From Promethearchaeota archaeon (lineage in GTDB: Archaea > Asgardarchaeota > Lokiarchaeia > Sigyniarchaeales > SOKP01), in the NCBI GenBank assembly GCA_048938005.1, contig JBHLMQ010000073.1, positions 1-12,934 of the forward strand: a stretch of 12,934 bases of DNA. The letters are read 5' to 3'. The notes beneath the pieces were generated by a model that searched no databases, was not told the origin of the DNA, and was given only the letters and a program-made list of their open reading frames with translations. The position numbers and the translations under genes are program-made. This document shows, one piece after another, positions 7,369-12,934 of the stretch. Each line of letters begins with the position of its first letter. Position 1 is the stretch's first letter.

Positions 7369-9339
7369 TTGTCTGAAAAACAGACCAATGAAGAAGAAAA
7401 TCAACCAAGAATAGGTGTGTTCGTGTGTCATTGAGGTATTAACATTGCGGGAATACTAGATATTCCAAAAATACTAGAAGAAATTAACAAACTGGATAAT
7501 GTTTGGGCTTATCCATATCTATCTTTATGCACTGAGGGCGGATCTACTGTAATCAAAGAAAAACATGAGGAGTTTAAATTCGATAGGGTTTTGGTTGCTG
7601 CTTGCACGCCAAGAACTCATCAACCAGTTTTTCATGCGATATTAACAGAGATGGGGTTACCTCCAAGATATTTAGAATTTGTCAACATACGAGAGCATTG
7701 TTCTTTCGTGCATCAAGCTCCAGAGGTTCGTGAGAAAGCTACTCTAAAAGCTATTGAATTAATCAAAGCTGGGATTGCCAGATCAAAATTATTAGAAGAT
7801 GTTCCAACTAAGACTGTTCCAGTAGAGCCTGCTGCTCTTGTAGTCGGTGGAGGTATTGCAGGATTATCTGCAGCAATCGATTTAGGTGATGCGGGATACA
7901 AGGTATATTTAGTAGAAAAGAATACGACGATAGGAGGACGTATGTCCCAACTTGATAGAACTTTTCCAACAGATGATTGTTCAATATGAATCTTGGGACC
8001 AAAAATGCTTGAAGCTAATCGCCATCCAAAAATAGAAATCTTATCATACAGCGAAATTGACGAAATAGATGGATATATTGGCAATTTTAAAGTTAAGGTT
8101 AGAAGAAAAGCCCGATTTGTCGATGAAAAAGAATGTACAGGTTGCGGATCATGCGCTGAAGTGTGTCCTGTATACACGAGCAATTACTTCGATGAACACT
8201 TATCAGCTAGAAAAGCTATTGATATTGCTTTTGCTCAAGCAGTTCCAGCAATTTCGCAACTTGATAGAGAAGTATGTATTGAATGTTTTGCATGTGTTGA
8301 TGCATGCGAACAACAAGCTATAGATTTTAGTCAACAAGATAAAATTGAGGAGCTTAAGGTCGGTACAATAATAATTGCTACAGGGTGGGACCTCTATAAG
8401 GGAGATGATTATGGTTATGGTATTTATGATAATGTAATCAATCAAATAGAATTAGAGAGAATTCTTGCTCCTAATGGTCCAACTTATGGTCATTTGAAGC
8501 GTCCTTCCGATGGCAAACGCCCTACAAAAGTATTGTTCATTAATTGCGTTGGATCAAGAGATATAAATAAAAATGCTCATTGCAGTGTTATCTGCTGTAA
8601 TTTATCCCTTAAAAATTCTAAATTAATCAAGTCAGAGTATCCTGATTCACAAATCGTTTGTTGTTATATAGACATGAGATGCGCTGGAAAAGACTATGAA
8701 GAATACTATAGAAGATCCCGAGATGCTGGAATAATATTTGTTAAAGGTATGGTTGGTAAAATTGAAGAGGATCCTTTAACAAAAAACCTTAAAGTACAAT
8801 TTGAACCAGTTGGAACTAATAGTGTAGTTTCTATGGAATTTCATATGGTTGTATTATCATCAGCATCATTACCATCTCAAGGTACGATAGAAATTGCTAA
8901 GGTATTAAACATGGAAAAAAGCCCTGATGGTTTCTTAAAAGAATATCATGCTCGGCTTGATCCAATTAGTACCAAAGTACCTGGTATTTACATTTGCGGT
9001 TCTGCTCAAGGTCAAAAAGAGATTGATAAAACAGTGAGTCAAGCGAGAGGAGCGGCATCAGTAGCAGGTATCCCAATGAGTAAAGGAGAATACACTATGG
9101 AATTAATCCGAGCTACAGCATCAGATGAACGCTGCGCTAAATGCTATAAATGTATAGAAGCCTGTCCATATACTGCTATTTCGGTAAATGAAAAAGGAAA
9201 TCTTGTTGTGGATCTAATTAATTGTCGGGGTTGCGGAACATGTGCGTCTTTATGTCCATCAAAAGCGATTGAACTAACGTACTTTAGAGATGATCAATAT
9301 ATGGCATTAATAGATGAATTATTACCAATTGAGGAGTAG
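7369..9339 (+). CDS. hdrA: Heterodisulfide reductase subunit A (FAD/Fe-S), selenoprotein with two in-frame UGA (Sec22 at 7432-7434, Sec207 at 7987-7989), 656 aa
   Basis: Single frame from TTG 7369 (AGGTGG RBS; GTG 7360 is an alternative start) to TAG 9339, interrupted only by TGA in RIGVFVCH-U-GINIAG and TFPTDDCSI-U-ILGPKM. Both are conserved Cys/Sec positions of HdrA. Also AACTPR, NIREHCS, GGGIAG (FAD), CVGSR...CSVICC and four ferredoxin CxxCxxCxxxC motifs. The ORF track splits this into 7591-7989 and 7993-9339. Confidence 0.95.
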
Positions 9340-9352
9340 AGAGGTAAGTAAA

Positions 9353-9811
9353 ATGGGAGAAGATAATGATATTAAAATAATTGTATATGCTTGCTGGAAA
9401 TGAGGATATGGTTCAGCAGATATGGCAGGTACCATTCGTGCACAATATCCCGATTCGATAAGAATTGTTTTGGTGCCATGTACTGGTCGTGTCGGATCTG
9501 ACTTAATAATGCGAGCGTTTGGTAGGGGTGCTGACGGTGTGGTCATTAATGCTTGATATCCGGGTGAATGTGATTATGAGACGGGAAATTACTATGCATA
9601 TCGACAAGTTGAATACATTAAAGAAATCTTAAAAGTTGTTGGAATAAGCCCTGAAAGAATTAAAATAATATATTGCACTGCAGCTGAAGGCCAGAAATTT
9701 CAAATAGAAGCTACAGAAATCGATAAAAATATTCGCAAATTAGGACAAAGCCCTTTACGTCCAAAAAAGAGCACGCCTAAAGAAAAAGCTAAAGCGAAAG
9801 CTGAAGCTTAA
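9353..9811 (+). CDS. mvhD: MvhD/VhuD [2Fe-2S] subunit, selenoprotein with two in-frame UGA (Sec17 at 9401-9403, Sec68 at 9554-9556), 152 aa
   Basis: Absent from the ORF track. Translation: MGEDNDIKIIVYACWK-U-GYGSADMAGTIRAQYPDSIRIVLVPCTGRV...GADGVVINA-U-YPGECDYETGNY...GISPERI...CTAAEG...LGQSPL. This matches the MvhD motifs CxxC-Y-xADxAG, CxGR and GADGV..GCxxGxCxY. GAGGT RBS at 9341-9345; TAA stop. Confidence 0.95.
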
Positions 9812-9819
9812 AAAATTTA

Positions 9820-9892
9820 ATGTGTTTACTGATGAGACTGAGTTAAAAAAATGAGAACTCAGTTGAGGAAATGGGAGCACCATATGACACAT
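9820..9892 (+). promoter_or_regulatory. Eukaryote-type SECIS element in the 3' UTR of hdrA-mvhD
   Basis: ATGA (9832-9835), G, ACTGAGTT (9837-9844), loop AAAAAAATGAG, AACTCAGT (9856-9863), T, GA (9865-9866), G. This gives an AUGAN/NGAN core, a perfect 8-bp helix plus G-U, and an A-rich apical loop. A lower helix is possible via GTGTTT/GAGCAC or ATGTGT/ACACAT. The core starts about 20 nt after the mvhD stop. Confidence 0.8.
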
Positions 9893-9904
9893 ATAAAAGG
9901 TTTA

Positions 9905-9937
9905 ATGAAAATTAATAAAAAATTTTAATAATTTGAA
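9905..9937 (+). promoter_or_regulatory. Possible second tandem SECIS-like hairpin
   Basis: ATGA (9905-9908), AAATTAATAA, loop AAAATT, TTAATAATTT, GA (9935-9936). Nine of ten positions pair between the AUGA and GA cores, but all pairs are A-U. Confidence 0.35.
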
Positions 9938-10003
9938 TCAAAAAATTTGGGAAATTTAAGAAAAGAGTAAATAAATCAAGTATATATTTTGAGTTGGAAG
10001 TAC

Positions 10004-11143
10004 ATGGAAGCAATGGCAGAATACCTGATAAAAATTGAAGATTTTTCTAAAATCTTAGCAACTCTATTAAAAGAAAAAGTAGTAGATAAAATTATTGGCG
10101 CTCAATTGAGAGTCGATAAAAAATCTGGTAATATAGATAGATTTACTGTTCAACCAAAATTAGCAGAAAAAGAAGAGGATGTGAAGGATTTTCCACTAAC
10201 ACCTCTAATTGCTTTTGGATATGCAAGAACAGATTCAGCTTCAAAATTCTTGCATAAATCAGTAGCAGGTGCAATGAAAGAGAAAGTGGGACTTATCGCA
10301 CGCCCTTGTGATACAAGAGCATTAATAGAACTTGCCAAAATCAAGCAGGTAAATCTAGATAATCTATTTATAATTGGTATCGAAGATAGAGGTATGTTAC
10401 CTAAAGCAGGACGAGAAATGAGATCAGTAAAGGATGTTGATGCTACTAAAATAGTTAAGGAAAAGGTAGGTGATAAAGGTCTTGTTGTTAAAATGGAAGA
10501 TGGAAGCACAAAAGAACTAAATCTGACTGTGGCAGAGAATTGTTTGAGATGTTATCGAAAAATTCCTGTTGTTGCTGATTTAACAGTTAGTGATCTTGGA
10601 ATTTCAATCGATTCAGATGAGATTATCTTAAAAGTATATTCAGATAAAGGAAGTGATATTTTAGATAAATCAGGTATCAATAAAAAATCACTTCCAGATA
10701 AGGAGAAAAAGACACATACAGATAAATATAATGAAATTATTGAAAAAGCGAAAGAAAAAAGAGAAAAAGATTTGGCAGAATGGGAAAAATTATCACAAGA
10801 AGAAAAAATTGCTGAATTACTGAAGTGCACAGCATGTAACACATGTATAAGAGGGTGTCCAGTTTGCTACTGCGTGGATTGTATCCTAATGAAGAAGAGA
10901 AAAGAGAAAACAATAGATGCAGCAACCTATCAACTCACAAGAATTGCTCACGATGCTGACAGATGCGTTGAATGCGGTAATTGCGATAATAATTGCCCTC
11001 AGAATTTACCATTATCGCTCTATTTTCAATCATTAAATGAAGCTTTTAAGGAGAAATTCAAGTATGAAGCAGGAATGTCTCTTGAGGATATTCCATTTAG
11101 GTCTGGAAAGGCAATATCCCAGATGGAATTAGAAAAAACATAA
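10004..11143 (+). CDS. FdhB/FrhB-like Fe-S protein (F420-dependent dehydrogenase beta-subunit family with C-terminal 2x[4Fe-4S]); start 9989, 10004 or 10013
   Basis: GLIARPCDTRALIEL, ENCLRC...VADL, CTACNTCIRGCPVCYCVDC and RIAHDADRCVECGNCDNNCP match the motif order of methanogen FdhB-type proteins. Lies downstream of hdrA-mvhD. Confidence 0.8.
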   Translation: MEAMAEYLIKIEDFSKILATLLKEKVVDKIIGAQLRVDKKSGNIDRFTVQPKLAEKEEDVKDFPLTPLIAFGYARTDSASKFLHKSVAGAMKEKVGLIARPCDTRALIELAKIKQVNLDNLFIIGIEDRGMLPKAGREMRSVKDVDATKIVKEKVGDKGLVVKMEDGSTKELNLTVAENCLRCYRKIPVVADLTVSDLGISIDSDEIILKVYSDKGSDILDKSGINKKSLPDKEKKTHTDKYNEIIEKAKEKREKDLAEWEKLSQEEKIAELLKCTACNTCIRGCPVCYCVDCILMKKRKEKTIDAATYQLTRIAHDADRCVECGNCDNNCPQNLPLSLYFQSLNEAFKEKFKYEAGMSLEDIPFRSGKAISQMELEKT

Positions 11144-11342
11144 AGAAAAAATTTTAAATCGTTTATTTTAATATTTTTTTCTGTTTTAATTATACGACCA
11201 AAATATTTTTGAAATTCTTGTTTTATCCTTTACTACTACAACATTTTAATATCTTGTGATTTGGTTAATCTCTTGGTAAATAAAAATTAGAATGATTTAT
11301 TAAGATCAAATATTTTTAATAAATAATTCACCAATGTGATGA

Positions 11343-12071
11343 CTTATTTCGATATTTAGAAAAGTTAGAAAAGATATTAGAATTGGACTAGTATTTGGGT
11401 TTTTTGGCGCATTATTAATTCTAATTTTTCTTCCATTAACAGCATTTATTACCCCGGGATTTACCCCTTTAAGAGATCCTATAAGTTCTTTAGGGCATAG
11501 CAATGCAAATTCGTTTTATAGTATTGGGTTAGTAATGGGGGGTTCATTATTAATCCCTTTTTATATCTATTTGGAAAGAGTATTATTAAATATAAAAAAA
11601 AGTGTTAGAGGACTTACTATGATAATAGCAATTTTTACTAATGCATGTGTTGCTCTAGTTGGAATACCTCCAGACCCATTAAATATGGAAGCTTTTAATG
11701 CATTTCATGCATTTGTAACTATAGTTGGTTTTTTAGGAACTTCAATCCACATTGTGTTCTATAGTATAATGATGCACAAAAGTTCTAAGTCTATAATGCC
11801 TGTAGGTCCAATATTTAAAAAATACTTAGTGTTTTTTGGAATTTTTATTGGAGTTTTATTTACAATATTTCTCATCACGCGATATTCAATATTAGAATGG
11901 ATAGTAGGAGCTCTTATAGTATTTTGGGTCTTAATTACGGCATTACAAGGTATTTCATTTAAGTTTTGTAAGACCCAAGGAGGATCCTATAATAAATCTC
12001 AAGATCTCGAAGTATTACAGCAACAAAAAGACCAAATTCAGCTTATAAAACGTCTTGATAAAGGAAACTAA
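11343..12071 (+). CDS. DUF998-like membrane protein, paralog of 6317-7102; start codon unresolved (possible pseudogene)
   Basis: The frame is open from 11343. Similarity to the first paralog (FGFFGALLILIFLPLTAFITPGFTPLRDPISSLG...GSLLIPFYIYLER) starts about 50 codons before the ORF-track ATG at 11535. There is no in-frame ATG/GTG/TTG in 11343-11534; it is preceded in frame by ATG TGA TGA (11334-11342). Confidence 0.7.
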   Translation, partial: LISIFRKVRKDIRIGLVFGFFGALLILIFLPLTAFITPGFTPLRDPISSLGHSNANSFYSIGLVMGGSLLIPFYIYLERVLLNIKKSVRGLTMIIAIFTNACVALVGIPPDPLNMEAFNAFHAFVTIVGFLGTSIHIVFYSIMMHKSSKSIMPVGPIFKKYLVFFGIFIGVLFTIFLITRYSILEWIVGALIVFWVLITALQGISFKFCKTQGGSYNKSQDLEVLQQQKDQIQLIKRLDKGN

Positions 12072-12201
12072 CTATAACACATTGTTTTATCATATTTGAA
12101 TAGGAAGTATTAAATGACATTATAGAATAAAACCACTTAAAATGTATGATATTTCAATAAATTTACACATAAAATAGATAATGGAAAAATATTTTCCAGA
12201 T

Positions 12202-12934
12202 CTATTTTTGAAATTCTTTCGGAATTTGAACCGCAAATTTGCATAGTGTTCCTCCGGTAAGAGGTGTTTCTACCGGCTCTACTTCAACTGATTGATCGAA
12301 GATAACATCCCAGTATTTCTTAGTATATCCAGCACTACAGTAGCAGAAGTAAGATGATATTTCTTGATCAGTACTATTTTTGATAGCGCCACGGATCCAA
12401 GGACAATAACAACTATAAAAACCTTTCATTTTCTTATCTTTTGATTGTATATGTTTCTTTGTTTGATAGGGCATCTTGGTTGTGATAACTTTATTACCTT
12501 CTCTTATTCCAGGAGAAATTGAGGGAGTACTTTTTATAAATTCTATAACCTCATCATCGATATATTGTGCAAATTCTAAAGTCCCCTCCTTTTGATGTTT
12601 TTGAAGTCTTTCAATTAATTCTTGCTTTTTTAGTTTTAAAAATTCATCAATGTCGTTTAATCTTAAGAAATCTTCTCTATCCTTTTTGATATCCCCAGGA
12701 CGACCATGTAAACATGGCTTTAATAACTCTATTGTTTTTCCTTCACCAAATTTATCTTCTAATCTTCTTAAAACAATTTTAGTAAATTCTGGCTTTCTTT
12801 CTGGATGAGTACCTAAAGGGGGAATGCTAATTTTTTCGAAAATTTCATCACGTATTTTTTCACCATGTTGTTCACCAATTCTTTGATAAAGATTATCCAT
12901 TGCATTATAAGATTCTGAGATATCGATAATCTCA
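12202..12934 (-). CDS. Cys-rich uncharacterised protein (DUF6144-like / V4R-like C-terminus), probably 5'-truncated by the window edge
   Basis: Motifs PCLH, SCYCPW, FCYCSAG and GGTLCKFAV. The frame stays open upstream of ATG 12900 to the window end (..EIIDISESYNA-MDNLY). Family name from recall only. Confidence 0.6.
   Translation of the reverse strand, partial: EIIDISESYNAMDNLYQRIGEQHGEKIRDEIFEKISIPPLGTHPERKPEFTKIVLRRLEDKFGEGKTIELLKPCLHGRPGDIKKDREDFLRLNDIDEFLKLKKQELIERLQKHQKEGTLEFAQYIDDEVIEFIKSTPSISPGIREGNKVITTKMPYQTKKHIQSKDKKMKGFYSCYCPWIRGAIKNSTDQEISSYFCYCSAGYTKKYWDVIFDQSVEVEPVETPLTGGTLCKFAVQIPKEFQK

Noticed and set aside
7591-9339. hdrA as two separate ORFs or a nonsense-mutated pseudogene, as in the ORF track
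   Set aside because: Both interruptions are TGA, in the same frame and at conserved Cys/Sec positions. The next gene shows the same pattern and a SECIS follows.
11144-11182. A-tract/T-tract dyad after the FdhB-like gene as a terminator hairpin
   Set aside because: The oligo-T run is compatible with archaeal termination but cannot be distinguished from AT-rich background.
7713-11503. Shadow ORFs 7713-8183, 7808-8002, 8069-8323, 8203-8445, 9322-9546, 10150-10509, 10552-10842, 10737-10925 and 11306-11503
   Set aside because: They overlap hdrA, mvhD, the FdhB-like gene or the DUF998 paralog on the opposite strand or in another frame. No independent support.
12114-12150. SECIS-like ATGA...TGAT after the second DUF998 paralog
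   Set aside because: Only ACATT/AATGT pairs, and it is out of register with the GA core. Not convincing.
1-12934. CRISPR arrays, tRNA/rRNA genes, IS elements or integrases
   Set aside because: No periodic repeats, cloverleaf or GC-rich structural RNA segments, terminal inverted repeats or recombinase ORFs were seen by eye.

Overview
AT-rich archaeal window, most consistent with an Asgard (Lokiarchaeia-type) genome; the taxonomy is inferred. It holds two metabolic cassettes. (1) A minus-strand four-component corrinoid methyltransferase operon (B12-binding protein, URO-D/MtaA-fold methyltransferase, MtrH-like pterin methyltransferase, [2Fe-2S]-ASKHA corrinoid activator), followed by an SCP2-like lipid-binding gene. 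(2) A plus-strand selenoprotein operon that the ORF track fragments or misses. hdrA (7369-9339) has two in-frame TGA codons at conserved Cys positions, and a missed mvhD/vhuD (9353-9811) has two more. Directly after mvhD is a eukaryote-type SECIS hairpin (AUGA...AA...GA), possibly a weaker second one, and then an FdhB/FrhB-like Fe-S protein. No hdrBC or hydrogenase catalytic subunits are in the window. Each cassette is bracketed by diverged same-orientation duplicates: a GNAT remnant and the intact GNAT gene around cassette 1, and two DUF998-like membrane paralogs around cassette 2. The second paralog begins ATG-TGA-TGA and has no other canonical start. A Cys-rich ORF runs off the right edge.
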